NCBI GenBank assembly: GCA_003164045.1
Contig: PLRU01000034.1
Coordinates: forward strand, 177,406 to 241,405
Origin: Vulcanimicrobiota bacterium
GTDB lineage: Bacteria > Vulcanimicrobiota > Vulcanimicrobiia > Vulcanimicrobiales > Vulcanimicrobiaceae
Reading direction: 5' to 3'
DNA length: 64,000 bases
Made by a program: the position numbers and the translations under genes. The notes beneath the pieces are model-generated. The model saw only the letters and a program-made list of their open reading frames with translations, made no database searches and had not been told where the DNA came from. How positions within the stretch are numbered: the first letter of the stretch is position 1; the number at the start of each line of letters is the position of its first letter. Shown here in pieces: positions 1 to 8,564 of this stretch.

Positions 1-353
1 AACCGCGCCGGGACCAGCATCTCGATTGATTCGCCGAGCAGCTCATCGCGCGAGTATCCGAAGAGCTTCTCCGTTTGGGCGTTGACGAGCGCGATGCGCC
101 CGCGTGCGTTGACGAGGACCTTCGCAAACGGGGATCCGTCGATAATGGCGTTGAGGAAGCGCTCTTTGGCGTCGGCATCCGCCTGCGGCGCGCGCAGGGG
201 CGGCTGACCGATGGCCGCGTCGACATCTTGCAAGGATTCGAGCACGATCTGCAAGTTCGCTTCATCCGGCTCGAGTTTACCGTCGATGAACGCATGAACG
301 CTTCCGATCGCAACGGCTAAGTCGTTGCGTATGTCGTGCAAGGTTCTATCCAT
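1..353 (-). CDS. PAS-domain sensor protein, N-terminal part (gene runs off the window start)
   Basis: A minus-strand ATG at 353..351 opens MDRTLHDIRNDLAVAIGSVHAFIDGKLEP...FLNAIIDGSPFAKVLVNARGRIALVNAQTEKLFGYSRDELLGESIEMLVPAR. The last 45 aa look like the start of a PAS fold. The gene is divergent from the response regulator at 444. It is absent from the ORF track because there is no stop inside the window. Confidence 0.6.
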   Translation of the reverse strand, partial: MDRTLHDIRNDLAVAIGSVHAFIDGKLEPDEANLQIVLESLQDVDAAIGQPPLRAPQADADAKERFLNAIIDGSPFAKVLVNARGRIALVNAQTEKLFGYSRDELLGESIEMLVPAR

Positions 354-443
354 CCGTGTCCCTTTTTTTTCCCCAAGAGGTGTGCCCTCTAGAAGTTCTT
401 GTTCCCCCAGGGAGCCCCCCTGTGTCGGCGAAACCCGCTGGCC

Positions 444-1151
444 ATGGAAACGACGATTAGACAGCGACGGGCGCTCATCGTTGATGACGAGAAAACGATC
501 GTCGAGATCCTCTCGCGCTACCTGCAAGACGAAGGCTTCGCCGTCACCGGTGTATTCGACGGCGCAGAAGCCGTGACCGCAGCGCTTGCTGACGCCTACG
601 ATGTCATCCTGCTCGATCTCAACTTGCCCACGATGTCGGGCGTCGAGGTCTTCAAAGCTATCCGTAAGGTCTCCGACGTGGCGATTCTGATGGTAACGTC
701 CCGCGACGATACCGTCGATCGTGTCGTAGGCCTTGAATTGGGTGCTGACGATTACATCTCAAAGCCGTTCAACCCGCGCGAAGTCGTGGCACGCGTCAAG
801 AACATCATCAATCGAGTCGAACGCAAGCCCGCAGTTACGCGCGTCAGCCATGACGTTCAGCGTGCCGGCGATCTCGAGATCGACCGTACCGGACACGAAG
901 TCCGCGTCAAGGGTGAACTCGTCAAGCTGACGCCGATGGAGTATCGCATCCTCGACGTTCTGTTGCGCAACTCCGGCGCGGCTCTCACGCGCGCGCAACT
1001 GCTGGACAGCGTCAGTGCCGATTCAACGGAAGTCTTCGACCGCACCCTCGACAAGCACATCGCAAACCTCCGGCACAAGATCGGGGACGATCCGAACCGT
1101 CCGCGTTATATCCTGACCGTTCACGGCATCGGCTATAAGTTCGCTGAATAA
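444..1151 (+). CDS. OmpR/PhoB-family response regulator (receiver + winged-helix)
   Basis: METTIRQRRALIVDDEKTIVEIL...VILLDLNLPTMSGVEVF...DDYISKPF is a receiver domain. The C-terminal LTPMEYRILDVLLRN...RYILTVHGIGYKF is a trans_reg_C winged helix. I prefer the ATG at 444 over the upstream ATG at 399. Confidence 0.9.
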   Translation: METTIRQRRALIVDDEKTIVEILSRYLQDEGFAVTGVFDGAEAVTAALADAYDVILLDLNLPTMSGVEVFKAIRKVSDVAILMVTSRDDTVDRVVGLELGADDYISKPFNPREVVARVKNIINRVERKPAVTRVSHDVQRAGDLEIDRTGHEVRVKGELVKLTPMEYRILDVLLRNSGAALTRAQLLDSVSADSTEVFDRTLDKHIANLRHKIGDDPNRPRYILTVHGIGYKFAE

Positions 1152-2098
1152 CCCGGTGCGTTCTCCGCTTGCGGACTGAACGTCATCCTGACATCCGCAC
1201 GTGCGCTCGAACGCTTTTCAGCAACGGGAACCTCTTGGCTCGTCCTTACGACGAGCACCGGCAGCACGGAGTTCCGCACGACGCCCTCTGCGACGCTACC
1301 GAGGAAGAGACGCTGAAGTCCGCGCCGCCCGTGGCTACCGAGAACGATGAGATCCGCAGCCTGTAGCTGCGCCGCAGCGATCAGGGCTTCGGCCGGATGG
1401 CCGGCGATGACGCGGCCTTTCGCGGATATGCCGCGCGCATTTGCCAAGCCGACTGCCTTGCCGACGACGCGGTGCGCTTGATCCCCTTCGTCCTCGCGCG
1501 CGCCCGCAATGCTATAGAAGATGACGTGTTGCCGGTCCTCGGCCGGGAGGTCCAAGATGGTCTGAATAGCCGCGTCGCTCGGCTCCGATGCATCGACTCC
1601 GGCGACGATGCGCTCGATACACCGTTTGCCCGGCCCGGCAATGGTCGTGCCGGGGAGCACGGTCAGCACCGGGATGGTGCTTCCGCGTAGCACCGCCTCC
1701 GTCGTGCTGCCGACGAACAGGCGCTCCAAGCCTTTGCGGCCATGCGTTCCCATGACGATGAGGCTGCACTTCGCCTCGGCGGCTTGAGCGAGGATGCTTT
1801 GCGCAGGCTCGCCTTCGAGCGCCCGTCTCTGCGCGTCCGCGCCGCAGCGCTTTGCCGCGTTCACGGCTCGATCGAGGAGGGCTTCGCCCTCGGCCTTGAG
1901 ATCATCGATGACCAGCGTCGAATCGATGATCGCGCCGGACGCAGCGATCTGTGTCATGACCGGAAGCCAATTCACGGAATGAGCGATGATCAGTTGGCCG
2001 CCGTGTTCGCTCGAAAGCCGCGCCGCGAAGGTAACGGCCTTCGTCGAGGCTTCGGAATCGTCGATGCCGACCAGGATGCGCGAGAATACGTTGCTCAT
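1133..2098 (-). CDS. tandem universal stress protein (two UspA domains)
   Basis: Two repeats of the RILVGIDDSEAS...GTHGRKGLERLFVGSTTEAVLRGSTIPVLTV pattern; the second repeat reads GSHGRRGLQRLFLGSVAEGVVRNSVLPVLVV. The 3' end overlaps the convergent regulator by 19 nt. Confidence 0.9.
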   Translation of the reverse strand: MSNVFSRILVGIDDSEASTKAVTFAARLSSEHGGQLIIAHSVNWLPVMTQIAASGAIIDSTLVIDDLKAEGEALLDRAVNAAKRCGADAQRRALEGEPAQSILAQAAEAKCSLIVMGTHGRKGLERLFVGSTTEAVLRGSTIPVLTVLPGTTIAGPGKRCIERIVAGVDASEPSDAAIQTILDLPAEDRQHVIFYSIAGAREDEGDQAHRVVGKAVGLANARGISAKGRVIAGHPAEALIAAAQLQAADLIVLGSHGRRGLQRLFLGSVAEGVVRNSVLPVLVVRTSQEVPVAEKRSSARADVRMTFSPQAENAPGYSANL

Positions 2099-2174
2099 AC
2101 GACGTATGCTAGTCCGGTTATGTGAAGGCGCAATGACCGCCGTTCGGTAGGGTTCTTCGCGGAACGTTCAAGCG

Positions 2175-2405
2175 TCAGGTTTCTGGTTCGATCTGCCGAA
2201 TCTGTACGGCCCGATCGACAACGTGGATGAAACGTTGATACTCCGGATTCGAGTTGGAACCAAGCTCGAACAGCTCACCGAGCTCGTCGGCCGGATGGAT
2301 CGACCGAACCACACCGCTATAAGCGATGCCGGCCATCGAGTGAATCTCGACGTGGCTTCCGAGGCAGGGGTCCGGCTGCATGCTTGTCACGTGGCGTTTC
2401 GTCAA
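2175..2405 (-). CDS. small hypothetical protein (start uncertain)
   Basis: Only the 3' third of the 196-aa ORF looks coding (..GSHVEIHSMAGIAYSGVVRSIHPADELGELFELGSNSNPEYQRFIHVVDRAVQIRQIEPET). A candidate TTG at 2405 follows a GAGGG. I recognise no family. Confidence 0.25.
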   Translation of the reverse strand: MTKRHVTSMQPDPCLGSHVEIHSMAGIAYSGVVRSIHPADELGELFELGSNSNPEYQRFIHVVDRAVQIRQIEPET

Positions 2406-2526
2406 CGCTACCGAGCCCTCGTGAACATCGCCCGAAGATTCCTTCGCAGAACCTTCACATGAAGCGACAGCTTCACCATCCCTTCGCCGGTAGTTCGCTC
2501 TCGGGCGCCAGGATAGTGATTGAGAC

Positions 2527-2964
2527 ATGAACATCCATATTATCGAAACGCTCGCCAGCGGCGCACCGTACGTCGCGCCGATCCTCGTGTCGCAGCTCAA
2601 CGCGTTGCGGGCGCTGCCGGACGACGCACATTCGCTCGGTACGCTCGGCGCCTCCGTGAAGATCACGATTCGCGCCGGCGAGCATGTGGGCACCCCCCCC
2701 GACGGCGCGCAGATCGAAATGCAGGCACTCGACGGCGCCGCCGTTTTTCCGGTATTCAACGGCACGCTGCGCGTCGAACCGATCGATCCGTTTTCATGCC
2801 GGTTGGTGCTTGCGGGCCACTATAGCGTGCCGCTCGGCCTTATCGGAACGGTTGCGGATCGCACGATTCTCGCCGGTGCGGCGAAACGCAGTTTGCGCGC
2901 CCTGCTGGTCACCATGAAGACCGAAATTACCTCGTCGGTCCTGCGAAGCGTAACCGGCGCCTGA
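2527..2964 (+). CDS. hypothetical protein
   Basis: A 145-aa ORF with coding-like composition (MNIHIIETLASGAPYVAPILVSQLNALRAL...FPVFNGTLRVEPIDPFSCRLVLAGHYSVPLGLIG). No family recognised with confidence. Confidence 0.5.
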   Translation: MNIHIIETLASGAPYVAPILVSQLNALRALPDDAHSLGTLGASVKITIRAGEHVGTPPDGAQIEMQALDGAAVFPVFNGTLRVEPIDPFSCRLVLAGHYSVPLGLIGTVADRTILAGAAKRSLRALLVTMKTEITSSVLRSVTGA

Positions 2965-2978
2965 AAGCTCGGCGTGCA

Positions 2979-3737
2979 TCAGCCGCCGACGCTGATCGCT
3001 CCGTGTCCAAACAACGGCGGGATGTAGCGGCCGCATGCCCACGCGGCGACGAAGACGAGCGCGCCAAAGGCGACGATTTCCAGGCCCTTCGCAATCGGGT
3101 TCCGCTTTGTATGGCTCGCGGCAAAGACACCAATGCCGAAGAGAGCGACGACCGCGAGGAGTAAGGCCACCCACATCGCCGTACCGAGCGGAAGCGGAAA
3201 AACATAGGGCAGTACCGGCAGGGCGCCACCTAACGCGAACGAGCCGGCGATCGCGAAGGTCGCGCGCAACCCCCCGCTTTCCGCCTCGCGAAGATCGATC
3301 CCGAACTCGTCGCGCACCATCTCGTGCAGCCAAATTTCAGGGTTCTTCACCAGACGATTGACGATCGTGAGCGCTTCATCGTGCGTAAATCCCTTGAGGC
3401 AATAGTAGGCGATCTGCTCGGCGAACTCTTCGTCCGGCATTTCGATCATCTCACGCCGCTCCAAGTCGATCGCGCTCTGGACGACCTCGCGTTCGGATTT
3501 TTCTCCGAGGTATTCGCCCACGCCCATCGAGAGCGCGCCGACGAGCAACGCAAGACCGCCCGTGATGAGAATGGCGGCGCGATCGTTCTCAGCGCTGCCG
3601 ACGCCCGTGACGATTCCCAACGTTGTCAGGAGGCCATCCTGCATCCCAAAGACGACCTCACGGATGCCGCGCTGGCGCCCCAGACGCTTGCGTTCGGATG
3701 TGTCAGGGATCCGCGGCATGGCGTCGATCAATGTCAT
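2979..3737 (-). CDS. VIT1/CCC1-family iron/manganese transporter
   Basis: REVVFGMQDGLLTTLGIVTGVG...LSMGVGEYLGEKSEREV... is followed by C-terminal TM helices, the typical VIT1 layout. I chose the start MTLIDAMPRIP (ATG 3737). The upstream 111 codons of the ORF are Arg-rich, non-coding-like sequence. Confidence 0.85.
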   Translation of the reverse strand: MTLIDAMPRIPDTSERKRLGRQRGIREVVFGMQDGLLTTLGIVTGVGSAENDRAAILITGGLALLVGALSMGVGEYLGEKSEREVVQSAIDLERREMIEMPDEEFAEQIAYYCLKGFTHDEALTIVNRLVKNPEIWLHEMVRDEFGIDLREAESGGLRATFAIAGSFALGGALPVLPYVFPLPLGTAMWVALLLAVVALFGIGVFAASHTKRNPIAKGLEIVAFGALVFVAAWACGRYIPPLFGHGAISVGG

Positions 3738-3964
3738 GGAGCTGTCATGGTGCCACGAGCCTGTGAAGGCAGCGTGAATGGGCGACATGCGGATTCGTAT
3801 GCACGAGCGCATCAAAGCGAGTCTGGCACGCAACCAACTGCCGTCCCCCGCGCCCGGCGCCATCCGGAAACGTTTTTTATGCTCCCCGTCTCGCATTGGT
3901 CGGACGGCACCGTTGCCCCACCCGATATGTAGTGTAAGCGCAACGGGAGAGTGGCCCCATTCTC

Positions 3965-5140
3965 TTAAGCGCCGACGGTAGGCAGAACGTCGTCGGGTGC
4001 GCGCTGCCATTTCTTCGGCGTACCACCTGCAGCAATTATTTCGAGTTCGCGTTGCAGGATGCGGCGCCATAACGCGATGCCCGCATCGGAGCGGCCGAGC
4101 GTTTCGGTTTCATGGTTTTCGATGCGTCCCTGACCCGCTTGGACGGCGATGTCCTGAACGCGCGCGAGTACCGGATGACGTACGTCGGCATACGGAACCT
4201 TACCGGCCCAGATGTCTTCCACGAGTGCGTTGATGTCGGGCGCAGCCGCTAACTTGGCGAAGAACTCGCGGCGCTTCGTCCAGTACGGCTCGATATCCGC
4301 ACCCGTAACGGCGACCTTGGCACTGACGAACCACTTGTGGTTCTCATCGTCCACCGGGGTGAAATGAAACGTGATCGTGGGCCAGCCGCCGATGCCGTCC
4401 ATCCCGGCTTGCGGCGGAACGATCGTGCGCACGATGTTCGGCGCGTAGTGCAACGTATAGCGCGTCAGCCCGGTAGCCCGGTTACCGAAACGCATCATGC
4501 CCCACGGCGTTTCCTCGGCCGTGATGATCGGGAGATCGATCGACAACTTAGCGTGCGAGCCGCCGGGCGCATGCGTGAACGCCACATGTACTTCGTCCAT
4601 GCTGTTCTCGAACGATTGCAGATAATTGCACGGCACCTCAGAGGGGTCCCATGCTTCGATGATTCCCTCGCCGTGCGCCTCAGGATAGGGCGGAAACGCC
4701 GGCGGTTCGTCGGGGCCGAAGAAGCCGTAGACCAAGCCGAACGCTTCGCCGGTCGGGAACGTCGCGATGCGAACGTTCTTGGCGAAGCCTTCCTTTTCGG
4801 CCGGCGCTTCGACGCACTGGCCCGAGCAGTCGTACTTCCAGCCATGGTACACGCAGCGGATGTCGTCGTTCTCGACCCAGCCGAGGTGCATCAACGCGCC
4901 GCGGTGCGGACAGCGCTGCGCAACGAGTTGCGCCCGGCCGCTCTCGCCGCGGTAGAGGGTGTAGTCTTCGTTCATCACGCGCACCGGCCGCGCGCGGCCT
5001 TTGGGCAAATCGACACTGCGGCAAATCGCGTGCCAGAACTGGCGCATGAAAATGCCGCCCGGCGTCCCGGGCTTCGTGGTTGCAAGGTCGACGCTGCTGC
5101 GCGGCTTGCGCGCCGGTGCGATACGATCGGTGACGGCCAT
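3965..5140 (-). CDS. Rieske [2Fe-2S] non-heme-iron oxygenase, alpha-only (phthalate-family type), copy A
   Basis: Rieske motif CPHRGALMHLGWVENDDIRCVYHGW and iron motif NYLQSFENSMDEVHVAFTH (D-x2-H-x4-H). The start MAVTDRIAP (ATG 5140..5138) shares one nt with the TGA of copy B (TGATG). Confidence 0.9.
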   Translation of the reverse strand: MAVTDRIAPARKPRSSVDLATTKPGTPGGIFMRQFWHAICRSVDLPKGRARPVRVMNEDYTLYRGESGRAQLVAQRCPHRGALMHLGWVENDDIRCVYHGWKYDCSGQCVEAPAEKEGFAKNVRIATFPTGEAFGLVYGFFGPDEPPAFPPYPEAHGEGIIEAWDPSEVPCNYLQSFENSMDEVHVAFTHAPGGSHAKLSIDLPIITAEETPWGMMRFGNRATGLTRYTLHYAPNIVRTIVPPQAGMDGIGGWPTITFHFTPVDDENHKWFVSAKVAVTGADIEPYWTKRREFFAKLAAAPDINALVEDIWAGKVPYADVRHPVLARVQDIAVQAGQGRIENHETETLGRSDAGIALWRRILQRELEIIAAGGTPKKWQRAPDDVLPTVGA

Positions 5141-6324
5141 CAGTGTTTCCCCGGGATGCCGACGACGGGAACGACGTCGTCGGGCGTGCGTTGCCATTTC
5201 TTCGGCGTTCCGCCGTCGGCGATGATCTGTAGTTCGCGTTCGAGAATACGGCGCCAGAGCGCGAGACCCGCATCGGAACGCCCGAGCGTCTCGGTGCTGC
5301 GGTCCTGGATGCGGCCTTGCCCGGCCTGCACGGCGATGTCCTGAACGATGGCGAGCTCCGGATGGCGCACGGTGTCGAACGGAATCTTTCCCGCCCAGAT
5401 ATCGTCCACCACGTTCTGGATACGCGGCGCGGCGGCGCGCGCGGCGTAGAACTCGGCGCGTTTTTCCTTGTAGCGCTCGACCTCGTCGCCCGTCACCTGG
5501 ACTTTGGCCGTTATGATCCAGAGATGGTTGTCGTCGTCAACCGGGGTGAAGTGGAACGTAATCTCGGGCCACCCGCCCACGCCGTCCATGCCGTAGAGGG
5601 GCGGCACGATCACGCGCACGATGTTGGGCGCGATGTGCAGCGTTTCACGCACCATGCCGCTGGCGCGCTTGCCGTGACGCAACATGCCCCACGGCGTTTC
5701 CTCGGCTGTGATGATCGGCAGATCTTTGGCGAGCGCGGCGTGCGAGCCGCCGGGACTATGCGTGAAGGCAACGTGGACTTCGTCCATGCTGTTCTCGAAC
5801 GACTGCAGGTAGTTGCACGGCACGTGTTCGACCGGCCAGCTTTCGATATACCCTTCGCCCTGCGACTCCGGATAGGGCGGAAACGCCGGCGGCTCGTCCG
5901 CTCCGAAGTAGCCGTAGATCAAGCCGAACGCTTCGCCGGTCGGGAACGTCGCGATCGAAACGTTCTTGGCGAAGCCTTCCTTTTCGGCCGGCGCCTCGAC
6001 GCACTGGCCGGTGCAGTCGTACTTCCAGCCGTGATAGACACAGCGGATGTCGTCGTTCTCGACCCAGCCGAGATGCATCAGCGCTCCGCGATGCGGGCAG
6101 CGCTGCGCGACGAGCTGTGCGCGTCCGCTCGCTCCACGGAAGAGCGTGTAGTCTTCGCTCATGACACGCACCGGAATCGCATGTCCAGGCAAAATGTCTT
6201 CGCTGCGGGCGATCGCGTGCCAGAACTGGCGCATGAACGTTCCGCCGGGCGTGCCCGGCTTCGTCGTCGTCATATCGAGTTTCGTGCGCGGGCGCGGCAG
6301 TTCGCGTTCGGTTACGGCCATCAT
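5140..6324 (-). CDS. Rieske [2Fe-2S] non-heme-iron oxygenase, alpha-only, copy B (tandem paralog)
   Basis: Same motifs as copy A (CPHRGALMHLGWVENDDIRCVYHGW; NYLQSFENSMDEVHVAFTH). It is collinear with copy A along its whole length. Confidence 0.9.
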   Translation of the reverse strand: MMAVTERELPRPRTKLDMTTTKPGTPGGTFMRQFWHAIARSEDILPGHAIPVRVMSEDYTLFRGASGRAQLVAQRCPHRGALMHLGWVENDDIRCVYHGWKYDCTGQCVEAPAEKEGFAKNVSIATFPTGEAFGLIYGYFGADEPPAFPPYPESQGEGYIESWPVEHVPCNYLQSFENSMDEVHVAFTHSPGGSHAALAKDLPIITAEETPWGMLRHGKRASGMVRETLHIAPNIVRVIVPPLYGMDGVGGWPEITFHFTPVDDDNHLWIITAKVQVTGDEVERYKEKRAEFYAARAAAPRIQNVVDDIWAGKIPFDTVRHPELAIVQDIAVQAGQGRIQDRSTETLGRSDAGLALWRRILERELQIIADGGTPKKWQRTPDDVVPVVGIPGKH

Positions 6325-6437
6325 CGAAACCTCACAAAACGGGGAGACGTCGCGTGGCCTTCATCGGGCCAGGCCCCCAGACCCTCTGCCGTCGAACGCT
6401 GCCCGGCAACTGCGGTTCATGCTCCCGAGGCAACGCT

Positions 6438-7388
6438 ATGCGAGTCACCCGTCAACGAGCGCTCCAGTCCGTCGCCGCAACCTGGACTGCACCGTGGTGG
6501 CTGCGCAGCGCAGATGCGCAAACGCTGCCCGCGATTCGCGCCGCGCTGATTCCGATCGAGCCCGCGGCGTCGATCTACTACGCGGCCGAGAACGGCTTCT
6601 TTACCAAAGCCGGCATCGACGTGCAGATTACACAGAATCCGTCGTCGCCGGCACTCGCCGCGGCCGTCGCCTCCGGCACTTATGACATCGCGTATGCTCC
6701 GATATCGACGCTCGCTGTCGCGCACTCGCGCGGCTTGCCGTTCGTTGCCATCACCCCGGGGATCGGTTTCGTGCCGGGCGAGATCGCGGGCGCGATCATG
6801 CTACCGATAGCATCGACCGTCAAGACGGCCAAGGATTTCAACGGCAAGACCTTCGCTTGTGCCGGACTCGGCACGATCGCCGAATATCAGCCGCGAGCCT
6901 GGATCGACAAACACGGCGGCGACTCGACGACGGTGAAATTCATCGAGATTCCGTTTCCCGAGACGATCGCGGCGCTGAATGCGGGGCGCGTGGATGCCGC
7001 CTATCTGGTCGAACCGTTCATCACGGTCGCCACGCGCAGCAACACCGTGCGTCTCCTTACGACCGGCGACGATGCGATCGGGACGAACTTCCTCTCGACG
7101 GCCTGGTACACCACGTCACAGTGGGCGGCAGCGCATCCCGACCTCGTCACGAAGTTCGTCAGCGCGATGGTCGCGGCCGCGCGCTGGGGCAACGCCAATC
7201 AGGATAAGGTTGTCCCGTTCCTCGTCAAGTATTTGAAAGCCGATCCGGCGCTCGCTGCGGCCGAACACCGGCCCCACTTTGAAGAACGCCTCGTTCCCGC
7301 GCAGATACAACCCTGGATCGATGTCACCGCACGATACGCAAAGTTCGCATCGTTCCCGGCCGCCGACATCATCTACGCTCCGAAGTAG
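6438..7388 (+). CDS. secreted NMT1/THI5-like (NitT/TauT-type) ABC substrate-binding protein
   Basis: MRVTRQRALQSVAATWTAPWWLRSADAQ is signal-like. YYAAENGFFTKAGIDVQI...GTYDIAY...FIEIPFPETIAALNAGRVDAAYLVEPF is typical of the family. It is paralogous to the proteins at 12169, 17275 and 19120. Confidence 0.8.
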   Translation: MRVTRQRALQSVAATWTAPWWLRSADAQTLPAIRAALIPIEPAASIYYAAENGFFTKAGIDVQITQNPSSPALAAAVASGTYDIAYAPISTLAVAHSRGLPFVAITPGIGFVPGEIAGAIMLPIASTVKTAKDFNGKTFACAGLGTIAEYQPRAWIDKHGGDSTTVKFIEIPFPETIAALNAGRVDAAYLVEPFITVATRSNTVRLLTTGDDAIGTNFLSTAWYTTSQWAAAHPDLVTKFVSAMVAAARWGNANQDKVVPFLVKYLKADPALAAAEHRPHFEERLVPAQIQPWIDVTARYAKFASFPAADIIYAPK

Positions 7389-7450
7389 GCATCTCCCGGC
7401 TCTCGGCACGCGAGGTTTTTGCGCTCGGCAACGTGAAATGTGCGCGTCCA

Positions 7451-7723
7451 ATGCTGGGAGATGAGTTCACCGACCGCCGCCGTACTGAGCGGCGGCGACA
7501 TATTGCGCGCTGTAGCCATCGTACCGTTCGCCAGGGCGTTCCCGACAAGTGCATCTCAGCGGCCCTTTGGCATTGTACCGGTTGCGGGCAGCTCAACTGC
7601 AAGAGACACCGGGTTGTGTTGGACGATCCGTCGCTCTGCAACCACTGCACCAGCGCGATGGTGCGCTTCACCAGCCGCCGCACCAGCCGTCGCCAAGAGC
7701 CGACAATTTTCGTTCGCGGTTAG
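7451..7723 (+). CDS. possible small C4 zinc-finger protein (TraR/DksA-like spacing)
   Basis: The ORF contains HCTGCGQLNCKRHRVVLDDPSLCNHC, i.e. CxxC-x17-CxxC. The codons look coding, but GC3 is lower than in neighbouring genes. No clear SD; the start could be ATG 7451 or GTG 7433. Confidence 0.35.
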   Translation: MLGDEFTDRRRTERRRHIARCSHRTVRQGVPDKCISAALWHCTGCGQLNCKRHRVVLDDPSLCNHCTSAMVRFTSRRTSRRQEPTIFVRG

Positions 7724-7777
7724 GAACCGTTCTTTCGGCAAACGCACCTAGTAGTACGGGGCCGACACGGCGCAAGC

Positions 7778-7807
7778 AAAAAGGCCCGCACCACTGAGGT
7801 ACGGGCC
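7778..7807 (-). terminator. rho-independent terminator downstream of the tRNA stub (probable original tRNA-Thr terminator)
   Basis: The minus strand reads GGCCCG-tacctcagtggtg-CGGGCC followed by TTTTTG. Confidence 0.6.
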
Positions 7808-7860
7808 TGAAGCTGGAGCCGACGAGCGGATTTGAACCGCTGACCTGCTGATTACGAATC
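7801..7860. repeat. 60-bp direct repeat, left copy (att-like core)
   Basis: Identical to 10880..10939 (acgggcctgaagctggagccgacgagcggatttgaaccgctgacctgctgattacgaatc). Confidence 0.95.
7814..7860 (-). pseudogene. 5'-truncated tRNA-Thr stub (3' 47 nt: anticodon loop to CCA)
   Basis: Identical to the 3' 47 nt of the intact tRNA at 10893..10968. The acceptor 5' strand, the D arm and part of the anticodon stem are missing. Confidence 0.9.
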
Positions 7861-8072
7861 GGCGCCCGTTCGTAGGAAGCCATCCGCTTAAGGTGGCTCG
7901 GGTTGGTTTTCCTCCAGGACTGAGAGAGTCGGCACCGGTCCAGTCCGATCGAGACGGCCGCGTCGGGAACACTTGGTGACACAGTGGTGACACACCGCGA
8001 GGCCCACTAGCACGGATCTTAGCTGTAGGAGTATTGCGCATTCGGCCGCGAGGCGCGCCTACTCGGGCTGCC

Positions 8073-8564
8073 CTACGGCAGTTTCCAAACGTCGCCTGTT
8101 TCGGTGGAAACAAAGAGGTCGATACTCTGGCTTGGCTGCTTCTTACTCGGCGCTAAGTTAAAGCGAATGTGCCAGGATGCCAGAGTTGGGTCGGCGGCAT
8201 CGGCGCCGCGGATCAATTCTATCGCGTCAACCTTCGTGACGCGAATACTTGATGCAAGGCTAGCGCGCGCTTTTATGACCGCATCAGTGGCGCGTGGCAC
8301 CGTCGCGTGCGAGTTGTGCGCGATTACGGCATGTTCGATCGTCGGGAGGCCGCGCAATACTATCCAGAAGCGACCCACCACGCTTAGCCGGTTCAGAGGA
8401 AATACGCCATAGCCATCGATGGCCCACGCACCGATCAGGTCGCGCGACTTGTTGGGGATCCCTCGCGAGCGGCGATGCTCAACGTTCTCATGGACGGCCG
8501 CGCATGGACCGGTCGCGAACTCGCTCACGCAGCCCATGTCACCCCGTCCACGGCAAGCGAGCAT
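8073..8564 (-). CDS. hypothetical protein (start uncertain; may be shorter)
   Basis: Only the C-terminal approx. 90 aa look protein-like (..ATDAVIKARASLASSIRVTKVDAIELIRGADAADPTLASWHIRFNLAPSKKQPSQSIDLFVSTETGDVWKLP). The 5' end overlaps the divergent regulator, so the annotated start is unlikely. Confidence 0.2.
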   Translation of the reverse strand: MLACRGRGDMGCVSEFATGPCAAVHENVEHRRSRGIPNKSRDLIGAWAIDGYGVFPLNRLSVVGRFWIVLRGLPTIEHAVIAHNSHATVPRATDAVIKARASLASSIRVTKVDAIELIRGADAADPTLASWHIRFNLAPSKKQPSQSIDLFVSTETGDVWKLP

